Source of the DNA: Lama guanicoe
Lineage: Eukaryota
Length of the DNA stretch: 64,000 nucleotides
Direction of reading: 5' to 3'
Assembly: GCA_013239625.1 (NCBI GenBank)
Contig: MU053504.1
Coordinates: 2,178,607 to 2,242,606 of the forward strand
The notes under the pieces: generated by a model
The model's input: the letters and a program-made list of their open reading frames with translations, nothing else
Databases searched by the model: none
Told to the model about the DNA's origin: nothing
Made by a program: the position numbers and the translations under genes
In this document: positions 11,801-24,800 of the stretch, piece by piece
Layout of the letters: each line of letters begins with the position of its first letter
How positions within the stretch are numbered: the first letter of the stretch is position 1

Positions 11801-14301
11801 AAAACAAAACCGACATTCTTTGTTTGGAAACTCAAGAGACGTCTGAGGAACAGTCAGCGAGCTGAGAACCACTGCTTTGGAGGGCAGGTTTGGAATGTCC
11901 TCAGACCTGTCGGAAAGATTTCCATCTCTCACAAGAGAAGGGACTAAAATATTGCGTCCTACCAGGCGCACCTTCACTCAGCGCCTCTCTTCCGCCCCGG
12001 CCCTCGCCCCAGGAGGGGGTTGTGTGAGTCTCACTTGCTGCAGGGGTCGCTGTGCCCTGCAAGGTGTATGGTGAGTTGCAATGAGGCAGCAGGTCCTGGG
12101 TTGCAGTCCTGTCAGGCCACAGATCAGCCGTGCAACTTGGCGTCACTTCTTCTCTCATGGGATTGTGGCAAGGATTAAATGAAAGAAACTTAGGTTGTGC
12201 CTGACTATAGTGTACCCTCAATAAATATGAACAAATATGGGCTTCCTTTCTTTTTGGTTGGACCCTTTCTTCCCCCATACTCCCGCTAAACTCTATGCCT
12301 CCCGCTGGGATGCAGAAGAACGTTATCACCTGACTCTTGATCCCCTGGGAGAGAAGGAGAAAAGAGTCTGCCACCACAGAGTTGTTATTTTCTCATCTCC
12401 TGAAGGCTCAGGGGACCCCCACCCCACCTCCCTGATCCTCTTGACCTCTGTAGTTCGTACTTGCCCTACCTGGAATGTAGCACCTGGTGGTTTGCAGAGC
12501 AAGTCATGGGACATGTGGCTGTAAGGCCAGTGAGCAGCAGGTCAGCAGGACTGCTGCCCCATATCCCATGTGGCAGAAGCCTGGCAGCCTGAACAGCTTT
12601 TGGGAACTCTCTGCTCTGCAACACTGTCTCCTAGGCTTCCCACCTAATCTTGACACCCATGTTTCTACTCCAGCCTGCCCCTCTCTCCTTTGCTCCCTTC
12701 CCTTCTTAAAACCCCTTTGGATTCCAGTAGCATCTTATGCTCCTCTTGTTGAAAATGGAGGTTTGGAGTCCCTTCTGCACCACTACTTCTTCCCCAGATT
12801 CTCTGGCTTGCTAAGTAGCACCCTCCACCCACCCAGTGCCTAAGAAGTCAGCCTTGATTCTTCTCTCTCCTTTACCTCTCATATCCACAGAATACTGGGA
12901 ATCCAGCCACTCTTGCCGCCTCCATGGTTACTGTACTGGCCATACCCATTACGTGTTCCCTGCTATCGCCTCCTGACTTGTCTCCTTGCTTCCATCCTGG
13001 TCCCTCCACAATCCAGTGTCCTCAAAACCACCACAGAGGTCTTGAACATAAATCAAATCTTCTCCCTTCTGTGCTCAGAACGCTTCCTGTTTCACTCCAA
13101 ATAAAACCTAAAGTCCTTTCCTATATTGTCCTACGTGAGTGGCCCTTCCCAACCTCCTAGACCTTGATCTTTGCCCCTCCCCCTAACTTTCTAAACCTGG
13201 ATCACTCCAATCTACTTTCTATTCTTCAAACATGCCAAACTCGTTCCCACCTTAGGACTTCTTGCTTGCTGTGCCCTCTGCCCAAAACACAGATCTTACA
13301 GCCAAGAACGGTTCAGCTCAAACGTCAATTCAGAAAGGCTTCCCTGACCATCCCAGTTCAAGCAGCATGCCCTTCTTCAGGGGCTCTGTCTCATTATCTG
13401 CTTTATTTTCTCTGTAACCTTTATTACTTTATTACTAGCTGGAATTCTTATTTAGGGTATATTTACTGATTCGTTATCTGTCCCACTCTAGTAGAATATA
13501 AATTGGTTAATGACAGAGATCTTGTCTGTCTTATTCCCTGCATGAAAGACAAATAAGAAACAAGCAAACAAACATTTATAATTGCAAACTGTGGTAAGTA
13601 GTACATAAGCAACCCACAGCAACTGATTGTACTTGGGGCACTTTCAAATTTCAGGCTTACAAAGCTGGACTACTGTGTTGTCAACCAAGCTCTCTGAGCC
13701 ATTTAGGGGTGAGGACAAGGCTGGAAAAAACTGGTAACTTGCCCTGGGTCACACTGTGAGTGAAACTCAGCCTCCTACCCTAAGGATATGTATATAGCAA
13801 GCTTTAATGGTAGGCTTGCAGTCATGTTCTGGAAAGAACCTGGTCCTGGATCCTGAAGACCTCAGTTCTTTGCTCTTCTACTAATTAGCAAGCCCTCTTC
13901 ATTTCTTGGAACTTCATTTTCTTGACCATTAGAGTAGGATGGGTCGTATTATGATCACGTTGGGTGCTTTCTTCTCCTTCTCCCCTCCTTCTCCTCCCCT
14001 TCCCCCCAGTATACTTCAAAGAAGCAGGACTTCTAGGTGGAACCCTCTTGCTGTCAGCAGCTAGGGGCACATTCAGACCTGGGGATGATGAGGGAGGTGG
14101 AGCCAGAGCCCTCCCCAGCACTGACCAACCTGCAGGGTAGAAATGGGTTCTAGGTCTTCTGGATCTGTTTTTGTTTTGCTTTGTTTGTCCATCAATTTGT
14201 TTTTAAGCAAATTCATCGATCAATTCATTTTTAAAGAGATTAATTTAATAATCCTGTTTCATTATTGCCTGGGTCTCACTCTGGGACTCAGGCAGTAATG
14301 A

Positions 14302-14631
<330 letters not shown>

Positions 14632-15509
14632 TGATTCGGGGCAGGGCTGTGGCATTTGGAGCTTCTCCCAGGCCAGGGCCAACTCCTTCCATCTCTGTAG
14701 TCTGTCTCCTGCTTCCTGTCCTTGACATTTTTCTAACTTTCATAATAAAGTGTGCCTCAGAGTGTCCTTTCCAGCCTCCCTGAGCTCCCTCTTGTGTCGT
14801 TTTGGTATAGTGCACCAAAATACGGCATAGATTTCTGGGCTCTGGGCCCCTCACCCACATTTATCAGAACCTTCTTTTTCTTCATCTTCCTCTCTCTTGT
14901 CCTGTGTCCTTGTTCCTGCTTAATTTTGATTCCATTCTCCTTGTTTTGGGACCTGTCCTGGCAGGGAGCCTGGGGCTCAGTCTTGAGAGTCCATGGGAAC
15001 AAGACTGTGCTAGCCCCCTCAGCACATGCTGTGGAGTGGGCCTGGCCCCTCCCATTTTAGCTGTCCCCAGATTGAACCCAGCAGCCTCCGTCCACCTCCT
15101 GCATGCAGATGCTGGTGGTATGCAGGTCTGCGGCTGGTGGGGTTTGGCTCCTTCCTCTTGTGTTTTGGTGTTTATGGGACTACCTTGCCATTTAGCTCTG
15201 CAGTAAATGCTTTCTATGGGTTTTTGTTTCTGCTACCTGGTTATTTGTTTGTATGTGCTAAGCCTCAATTTCCTCATCAGTAGAGTGGGTATAATAATAG
15301 CATTAAATAAGATTCTTCAGTCAAAGCTCTGAGCAGAACGCTTGAGAGCCTATTTCTGGTAGCTGCTTTTAAACCTGGGCTCAAACCCTGGCCTTGTCCT
15401 AGGCTCTGACCCAGTTTCAGATGGTTGCCTCCCTCTGTGGCTTTCTAGGTACCTCCAGCTGCAGCTGCCCCCTCCAGGGTGGGGAAAGGGTCAGGACCAC
15501 CTGGCTTGA

Positions 15510-15845
<336 letters not shown>

Positions 15846-15849
15846 TGAG

Positions 15850-16040
15850 TGTAGATCCCAGTTTGGCCACTTAGTAACCATTATTAACCCTTTGTCAGGC
15901 CCCTTTGTCTCCCTAAGCCTCAGTCTTCTTCCCTGTAAAATAGGGCTAATGGCAACATCTACCGTGCAGGGCTGCAGTAGATACCATGGGATGATGGCAT
16001 ATTGAGTGCTCTGCTGGGGCTGAGACCCTCCCATGTGCTC
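15850..16040 (+). mobile_element. MIR SINE
   Basis: cctcagtcttcttccctgtaaaatagggcta MIR core. Similar cores at ~22750-22990, 25395-25540, 40150-40320 and 41340-41580. Confidence 0.6.
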
Positions 16041-16079
16041 AGCAAATGGAGCCTTAATTTTTGTGGCCATGATGATGGC

Positions 16080-16530
16080 CTCCCACCCTCTTCCTCCTGT
16101 CTCCTCTCCCTCAGTTCACCTTCCCTCTCTCTGCTCATCTCTCTCTCCTTTCACTTTCCTGCCCTTCTCCCTGTGGATTCCTTCCTTCCTTTTTCCTCAT
16201 CTCTTCCCCTCCCACTGGTTTCCCCTGAAGCCTTTTAGCCCCCACCCACAGCTGCCCAGTTATCCCTCAGTGTCCTCTTGGTGCTCCCTGCCAGGCCCAG
16301 TGCCCAGGGAGGGGTCTGGTGAGCTCAGGGTCTCAGGGGCTGAAGCAGGAAGACTTGCGCCAGCCCTACTTATATTTCAGACTAGAGACAACTCCTGACA
16401 CCCTGCTTAGATTTACAGTCTTAGCATATCTGTGTGTTTGCCTTTCTTCTTTCCCCCCTTTTCCTCCTTCCCTCCCTCTCTCCCCTCCTTCCTTCCTCCC
16501 TCCCTGTCTCCCCTCCTTCCTTCCTGCCTA
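16080..16530. repeat. Pyrimidine-rich (CT-rich) low-complexity tracts in MAVS intron 3; (GAG)n follows at 16671-16693
   Basis: Directly visible composition, strongest at 16080-16240 and 16440-16530. Confidence 0.7.
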
Positions 16531-17027
16531 ACTCATCTCTTCATTTGTGGAGGTTAGCAGTGGCTCCCCCAAATACAGACAGCTGTGGTGGGGCCAGGGG
16601 TGGGGGCAAAGGAGAGGGACTGAGGAGGCAGCTTTAAGTCAGGGGTCAGTTAGTGGTGAGGGCCACCCATGAGGAGGAGGAGGAGGAGGAGGAAGCGCCT
16701 GGGTCCCAGGATGTCCGGGACAGAAGTGATGACCGCTGACACAGTCTGGGTGGTGAGAGGCCTGCGAGGTGCCCTTCCCTTCCGTACTCTCCTCTCACCC
16801 ATTGCTCCTCCTGCTGATCCTTGTCCTCTCTAGCGCCACTCTCCCTTCCACACTTGCCTCCACTCGGTGAAGCTTGTTGCCTTTGGGGAGTACCTCCCAC
16901 GTCAGGACAGCTTTTGGAACTGTGGGACTGACAGACAAGGACCTGGGAGCCTAGGAACACCCAGGCCTCTCCTGTCACTGACAGCCCCCCAGTTCCTCCT
17001 CGACATCACTGTATCTTTGTCCCTCAG

Positions 17028-17173
17028 AGATTCCAAACCAACCCGCAGCCCCAGTAGAGCCACCGTCAGTTCCTGCTGTGGCCCCCAGCAGCCTCCACAA
17101 CTGCTACAGAGAGGACGAGCTGAGTTACCCTATTCCTGTCCAGGACACCCAGCTGCCAGAGTCCCTGGGAGAG
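17028..17173 (+). CDS. MAVS: MAVS exon 4, proline-rich region with TRAF2-type motif PVQDT
   Basis: ccctcAG acceptor; QIPNQPAAPVEPPSVPAVAPSSLHNCYREDELSYPIPVQDTQLPESLGE; 146 nt; donor GAG|GTGCGT; phases match flanking exons. Confidence 0.93.
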
Positions 17174-17920
17174 GTGCGTCTTCACAGTCTACCTTGAGCC
17201 TTCTGCTTCTGTGTTCCTGTCTGCCCACTTCTGCTCACCCAGCCTTCCAGAGGCCCTCTCCTGTGCCCCACGAATCATGCCTAATCTCTGCTCAGAACCC
17301 CAGGGCTCCCCCACTGGGGATCTGCCCTAGACCAGCTCCCAGACTGCCAGCCAGGACTTCACTATGTGGCAGCCCCCAACCTTCTGTCATAAGCTAGCTG
17401 TGAGGTCAGTTTTGAGGTCTTTGCAGTAGTCCACGTGAGATGTTGAGCTGGCTCGAGGGATCAAGGGGTGATCAAATGAGGGGGAGTGAGGGAGCAAGAG
17501 GTGAGGCAGTAGGAGGTGGATGGTGGGAGCTGAAATCATTCCTAGTAAAGTCAAGTTTGGGGGGAAGATGACTGATTCTATTGGGATATGATGAGTGGGC
17601 AGTAGGGTATCAAGGAGACACAAAGTCATGGACTTGCATCCCAAGACAGGGGTCTGTGCAGTGGCCCCACAGATGGGGACCTTTCTGTAGGGCCAGACAG
17701 ATGAAAGGGACCCTGTCATGAAATGACAGGATGATTTTCTGTGAGGTGGGTTCAAAGTCACCTGTAGACAGAAGTTGTGGCAATGATGAAAGCTGAGGCG
17801 AGGGCTTCCTTGGCTCCATGGCGTGGGCTGAGGCCTGCGGGAGCTGCCCCGAGAGCAGAAGCTGCCCTTTGCCCGCCCCTGGGAGAAGCAACTGCCTTAT
17901 TCACATTTTCCCTCTTGCAG

Positions 17921-18077
17921 AGTTCAAAGAAAGTCCCACAGTCATCCAGCTCTGGGGCTGTCCTGAAGAGGCTGAGTGGCCCCCCGGAACCCTCCTCTGA
18001 CACAGTGGCTCTCAGCCCCCTCCCCTCCGGTGGGCCTCAGGAGCAGGACACAGAGCCAGGCCACACCCGCACAGCAG
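17921..18077 (+). CDS. MAVS: MAVS exon 5
   Basis: cttgcAG acceptor; SSKKVPQSSSSGAVLKRLSGPPEPSSDTVALSPLPSGGPQEQDTEPGHTRTA; 157 nt; donor CAG|GTATGT. Confidence 0.93.
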
Positions 18078-18224
18078 GTATGTCCAGACTCCGGAGTCAG
18101 AGGGCCTTTCTCACCTCCCGGTCAGGGTAAGGGTTAGAGTGGGCCCCCTGGCTGTCTTGGACAGAAGGCAAAGGTAGGAATAAAAGGAGCTCATCCCAGG
18201 GAACAACCCAGTTCCTTAGAGGGC

Positions 18225-18730
18225 ATGTTGGTTAGCATTTGCTGTGTATAACATACAATCCCAAAATTTAATGGCTTAAAATATTTATTTAGTTCCTAAT
18301 TGTGTGGGTCAGCAATTGGGGCTGGCTCAGTTGGGCAGTTCTGATCTTGGCTAAGTTCCCGCTTGTATGCATGTCAGTGTACACATAAGCTTTGTATAAC
18401 TCTGGCTTTTGGCTGGGGTACCTTGGTTCTCTTCCATGAGTCTCTCATTTGCCAGCAGACAAGCCGATTTCATATACTTGAGAAGAGTTCTGAGAGAGAG
18501 AAAGAGAAAAAGAGAAAGAGAAGGAAAGAGAGGGCTTCTGGGGCATAGGTTCAAAACTAGCACAGAATTCTTCCTGCCTCTTTCTGTGGGACAAAGCAAG
18601 TCACAAGGCCAACCCAGTGTCAAGAAATAGAGAGAGAGACTTCATCCCTAGATGAGAGGACTGATGAGGTGACCTTGCAGAGGGCATGGGTACAGGAAGG
18701 AGACGTGAATTAGGGCCACTAATGCACTAT
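18225..18730. mobile_element. MaLR (MLT1-type) LTR in MAVS intron 5
   Basis: tgttggttagcatttgctgtgtataac..cccaaaatttaatggcttaaaa; aaagcaagtcacaaggccaaccca. Confidence 0.65.
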
Positions 18731-19931
18731 ACCAAAGGGACTCCAGAATCTGCCAGGACCTGGAGGACAGTACCTGAAGGAGAGTGCAAGGCTAGGCCAG
18801 CTGTTGGCAGCGGGGTCTCTAGCTCCCAGTAAATCACCAAAACTTTTCAGCCCTCTAAGGAAGTATGTTGTTCATCAGCCAACGGCCCGGACCCCTGCAC
18901 CAGCCCTCTCAGTAGTACAGTGCTGTCTGCTCTGATCTCCCAGACTGACATCTCTGCACCACTATTTCCCAAACTGTGTTCCACATGGCTGGTGCCCAGC
19001 CAGCCCTTGCTGTCCATGGGAAAGCCACAAGGCACAGCCACAAGGCACATGAGCAGTTAAAGGCTCAGAGAAGCCATCTTAGTGCCCCATGCTCTTGTCA
19101 CGCCAAACTGGGCCCCAAGCTTCCATTTGTGCTTTACAGTGTCGACTTGCCATGGAACACCTTTCAGGAAATGCTGCTGTGGATCAGGGAGGCAAATGGT
19201 ACTTTGATTTCAGTACAAGCATCAATATAGTTCCCGTGACATTCTGTCGTATTAGATTTGGGGCGGGAGTTGGGGGGTACATCAGAATCACCCCTGACCT
19301 TTGTCCACAGTAGGGCTTGGCATGTGCATTCTAAGAGTTCCATAGGGAATCCTGATATTTCCGCCTTTATGGACCATCACCACCTGCTCCCTCCTGCTTT
19401 CCCCACTTCAGGCCGTCCTCCCAGGGGTGGCTTTGTCCATGCAGCCCCCAAACCCTTTGGCCTTAGAGAAGATTTGCACACACTGGGGGCTGGCTGGGCC
19501 TCTGGTGCCACATGACTAATGTGAGCTTTTCTCCTTGAACCATCCTGTTGCCCTCTGCCCTGGCCGAGGATTGCTCCTACTGGTAGGAAAAACGGCAGTG
19601 GGAGAAACATCCAGGATTCCACTAGGCTAAGGAGAAGATGGAAGAGGCAGGCACAAGAGGAAAAGGAGGCAGGCAAGAGAAGAAAAGCAGAGGATTATTC
19701 ATTAACTAATGATACTCAAGCTCCTAGACCCTGGTAGAAGGAGGGATTTACTCTTGTGGGAAAAGAAGTCAAGGACTGAAAAGAGACAGGACCAAGGATA
19801 CACCTGCAGCCGGCCTGAGAGAAGTGACCAGAGGGACTGTGGAGACACCCCCTGTGGGTGGGAGGTTGGGAGGCTTAATGCAGTAGCAATGGTGTGAGTT
19901 GGGGCAGAGGGACCCTTCTCTAGCCCTCTGA

Positions 19932-20564
<633 letters not shown>

Positions 20565-21357
20565 TGAACCCTTTCCAGTCTCCATTCGACTCCAGCCTAG
20601 GCTGGTCCAGAGCTTTTTTTTTTTTGAGGCTATAAGAACAGCTGAGACCCAGCCTCATCAGACCTCACACCATGTCCTTTAGAGTAATAATAATCATGAG
20701 AGCTCTTACGTGTGGATGCTTCAGAAGGGTCAGGTGGGCTTTGCCGCCTTCACTGGTCATGTGCACTAACTCATTTAGAGCTCACAGCTTCCTTTTAAGC
20801 TCAGCAGTGCTATTTTGCAGACATCTCCTCAGTGAGAGGGTAGAGCAGGGTGGCCTGTCTGCCTCGATGCCTTGCTCTTCACCACCAAGATATCTGGCCT
20901 GCCCCACTGTGACCAGCGTTTTACAGACTGCAGTCCCAGCCCATCTATCCTGGAGCAGCTGCCCAGACCCAGCAGCCTCCACAGCTGCCCGCTCCGAACC
21001 TGCAAGTCTAACCCTTCTGCTATTGTTTGCCTGGAGGGACCAAGTCCAGGACCCCTTGGGCGCATGAGGCTGCCCGTGACCAAGGGCTCCCTGTGGTGGA
21101 AGTGAGCTCACAGGCAGACCAGTGAGTAGAGTAGAGGAGGTCGCCCCTGATGCTTCTGCAGGGCCTTGGTCCCCTCCTCCCCCACTGTCCTCCTGTACCA
21201 TCAGCGCATTGAGTCCCCAAGCGAGGGTGGCCTTGCAGCACTATGGGAACTGACGGGTCAGGGTGCTAGTTCTTGGCCTGGCCTGGGAATGGGGCCACTC
21301 AGCCTGGCTTGTCTCCCTGACATCCTCAGTCCCTTCCCATCCCTCTTTCTTTCCCAG

Positions 21358-21816
21358 GAGACTCCTGCATCTCCAGCACCCACAGGTGCTGCTGCTGGAG
21401 GTACCTCACCCTGGCCAGACAGCAGCTCTGACTGCTGGAGCTCAGAGCCAGAGCTGAGCAAGCCTGGCGGGCTGGTATCCAGGATGGATAGCCAGCCATT
21501 CTCCATCTGCTCTGCGGACCTTGCCATCAGCCGCAGCGATTCCCTGGGCGCGGGGCCTGACAACGCCCCAGAGGAGAATGAGTACGTGTCTATGGACACC
21601 ATTAGGATTCACGAGGGCCCCAGCGTCCCTCTCCTGGGGGACAGCCCTGGGATGCGCACCCCTCCGTGTGCCCCAGAGTTCCAGGCAGAGGAGGGATTGG
21701 AGGAGTCGCTGACTTTCGGGAGCATCCTCTGGGCCCCATGGCTTGGGGCGGCTGTGGCTGGGGCGCTCCTGGCCACACTTCTGGCTGTGATGTACCGGCG
21801 GCGTCTGCTCCAGTGA
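21358..21816 (+). CDS. MAVS: MAVS exon 7: pLxIS motif, TRAF6 motif and C-terminal membrane anchor
   Basis: ttcccAG acceptor; DLAIS (21517-21531), PEENEY (21568-21585), WLGAAVAGALLATLLAVMYRRRLLQ then TGA. The joined CDS is 1569 nt = 522 aa with no internal stop. Confidence 0.97.
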   Translation, partial: ETPASPAPTGAAAGGTSPWPDSSSDCWSSEPELSKPGGLVSRMDSQPFSICSADLAISRSDSLGAGPDNAPEENEYVSMDTIRIHEGPSVPLLGDSPGMRTPPCAPEFQAEEGLEESLTFGSILWAPWLGAAVAGALLATLLAVMYRRRLLQ

Positions 21817-24800
21817 ATCCCCCAAGTCCCCTTCACCGGGCATCTAGTCTGTCCCCCGCAGCACATCCGCTGGAGCCACAGAGCAGAGCTGTCCCAGCGT
21901 CCTTGACCCCTTTGCGGGGCTGACAGAGGCTGGGTCACAGGGGAGACAGGAGCCAGGCCTGGTCTTGGGAGGCAGCATTTTCATCCCAGCTTGTGCCCTC
22001 TTGGCTCCCCTTTCATCCTTGGCTTTCTGGGCCCTGGGCTGCCCCAGGCATTCCAGACCTCACCCTGGCCATCTGGGTCGCCCTTATCTTCTGGAGGAGG
22101 TACCCCCGTCCAGGCCTTATCCTTTTTTACCCAAGTGCAAAGATCAGGAGACCACAAGGAGCCAGCAACATCCCCTGCCCCGGTCCCTGGCAGCTGACAG
22201 CAGATGGGTTGGGTAGGGAACCCCATAGGACATCGCTCCAGCCCCCAGTGGCTCAGCCTGAGGCTATTGTCCCAGGAGCAGCAAAGTGGCCCATCTCCAA
22301 GGACCTGACAGCTTCTAGTCCCCTGCGTCTCTGGTTCCCCTCCCCTGCCACATAAGGATGGGGAGGAGGTCTGGAGATTCCCAAGGACTCCTGGGAAGCC
22401 TGACAAGCTGCTAGGCCTGAGGACCACCTAAAGAGCCCCTTTCCAGTCTCATCCTGGTCTCTAATCTCCTCAGCTCCCTACAGGGCTTGGTGTGGGAGCA
22501 CCTGCAAGGCAGAGCTCAGGTCAAGGTTTGGATTTCAGCTCCATCCCTTCTGGGCTGTGTGGCCTTGGCAGATAATCAGACTTCTCTGATCTTGCTTACC
22601 CACATGGACACTGTGTATCATGGCTCATCGTTCTGGGTTCTCCTGAGATTGAGGGATACAGGCCTTTGTCAAGTGCCTTGCCCAGAGTGGGTGGCCACTA
22701 AATGTTTCTCCTGCTCCCTGGCCAGCCTAGTAGAGATGAGGGCATGAGAGGCAGAGTGCCCAGTGGGTAAGGGTGCAACTCTGTAGTGTACGGTGGCCTA
22801 GGCCTGCATCTTGCTCTGTCTTTCTCACTAACTATGCTCTTGGGCAAGGTGTTTACCTCTCTGTGTCTCCATTTTCTTACCTGTAAAATGGAGATGAATA
22901 ACATTTTTAATATGTTTATATCCTAGTGTTGTGAGGATTAAATGAATTTATCTATTTAGAATGGTTGGATACATGTTGTTACTATCCCTATTCAAATATG
23001 GAGGAACTGGAGCACTTGGCTACACCTTTAGAGGCAGATGGCAGACCCTCCTGCCTCCCCACCTTTTCTATTTGCCTCTTACTTTATCCCGTGCATTGCG
23101 GAATTATTTGGGAGTGGGGAGGGAGGCATGTCCACTGGGGCATCTATGCAGGATGGGGGCTGGGGTGCCCCCAACAGCCAGATTGGTGGGTATCCTTGTG
23201 GATTCTCTTCAGGTGGCCATTGCTGGACAAGGGGCAGACACAGGAGGCTCAGGAGCTACCTTCATTTCTGGACTCTATAAGAGACAAGGACTAGAGCTCT
23301 GGGGAGGCATATGGGGTAGGGGTCCCTGTGGCCCACCCCCAAGCTGTCAGTCTGCAAGGTCCTGCACCCTCCTTTGGCTGCTGCAACCTTTCTTTTCACT
23401 GCCCTAGGGGACTTCAGCAACCTAATGACCTCTACTTCTACCTCTGAACTTCTCTTCAACCCTCTCTCCAAACCCAACAGACTGCACCCTGAAACTAAGA
23501 GTGCTCGCTACCCAAGCTGTTTGCACCACTCCCCATCACCCCTGCTCTTAACCACCCTCTGTGCTCCTCCCTCCCTCCCAGGTACCAAGGTCAGTGAACA
23601 AGTCATACACTGGTACTGGTTTTAATGTGTTACCCTCCCAAGGTGATTTTGGAAAAAAGTATCTCAAGAAAGCAGTGTGTAGACCCAAAGAATGCTACTT
23701 GAGTGGTAGGACGTCAAGCACAGTGACCAGCCATATGGGGATATACCTTTGGGTAACATGTGTAGGAAACATCCAGGGACCTACCTGGTGCTTTTCAAAT
23801 TATGCTGCCCTGAAGCTCTGACTTGGCCTGCATTGAACAGCATCCCTATTTTGGCTGTTTTCAATCTGAAGGCCTCTAAAATGCCAACTTCAAGCAGAAT
23901 TGGGATTGGCCAGTGTGTGGAGGCCTGTGGCCAGGAGAGGCCTTGGGGTAGTTGATGACGTGTGTCAGATCTCAGGAGTCCTGGGTTTGGAGTGTGGTTT
24001 CAGCTGCAGGAAGGTGCATGTAGGAGGGAAACCCAGGCAGGTTCCCCTCATGGATGATGGAGAGAGGGAGGAAGGACCAAGGAGGACAGGGGGGACCTCT
24101 TCCCCCTGTGGTGGGCACAGCTACCTACACCTGGAGACTTGGGAAATCACCCTTCAGCTTGAGGGAAAGGCTGGGGTGGGGCCAGAGGGCCCAGTACTGT
24201 CCTAAACACTTAGGGCGGACTCACCAGTAGCTGAGGTACCTGCATATAAATCCATCTCCATCTTTTCTCTCTCCTGTTGAAAAAGTTCCCTTAAAGCCCA
24301 AGGACCACCAGTGCTTCTCCTTCCCTGGGAAACACCTGCAGACTCTGCTTGATGGCCCACGGAAACCAGGCCGATGCCTTTCCCTCACCGCGTTTCCCTT
24401 GTTTGATGTACTCACATTCAATTGATTTAAGGGAGTTCCTAGTCAAAGATCAGCAGGATGCCCTTTACTCTTTCAGGCCTTGGATTATTTATAGCTTCAT
24501 TTAAGAAACATTTTTTATTATTATTATGGAAAACTTAAGCACGCACGGAAGTAGAGAAAATAGAATAATACCCCCCCCCCCATATGCCCATTACCCACTT
24601 TTAATTACGGACTCATGGGCAGTCTTGTTCATCTCTGCCTGATTCTCCTTTTTCTGTGCAGATTTCTTTCGTAAGTCAGAGAGTAAAGGGTTCAGAAAGC
24701 CAAGGGACAGACTTGGGTCAGAAGGATTTTGTGGCAAAGGCTCTCTCTCTCTCTCTCTTTTTTTTTCAAGGCAGCATTAGGTAACAATTAGGCATTCCTC

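Noticed and set aside
10335..12100. Dense overlapping ORFs on both strands
   Set aside because: Expected stop-codon scarcity in a CpG island; low-complexity Pro/Arg/Gly translations.
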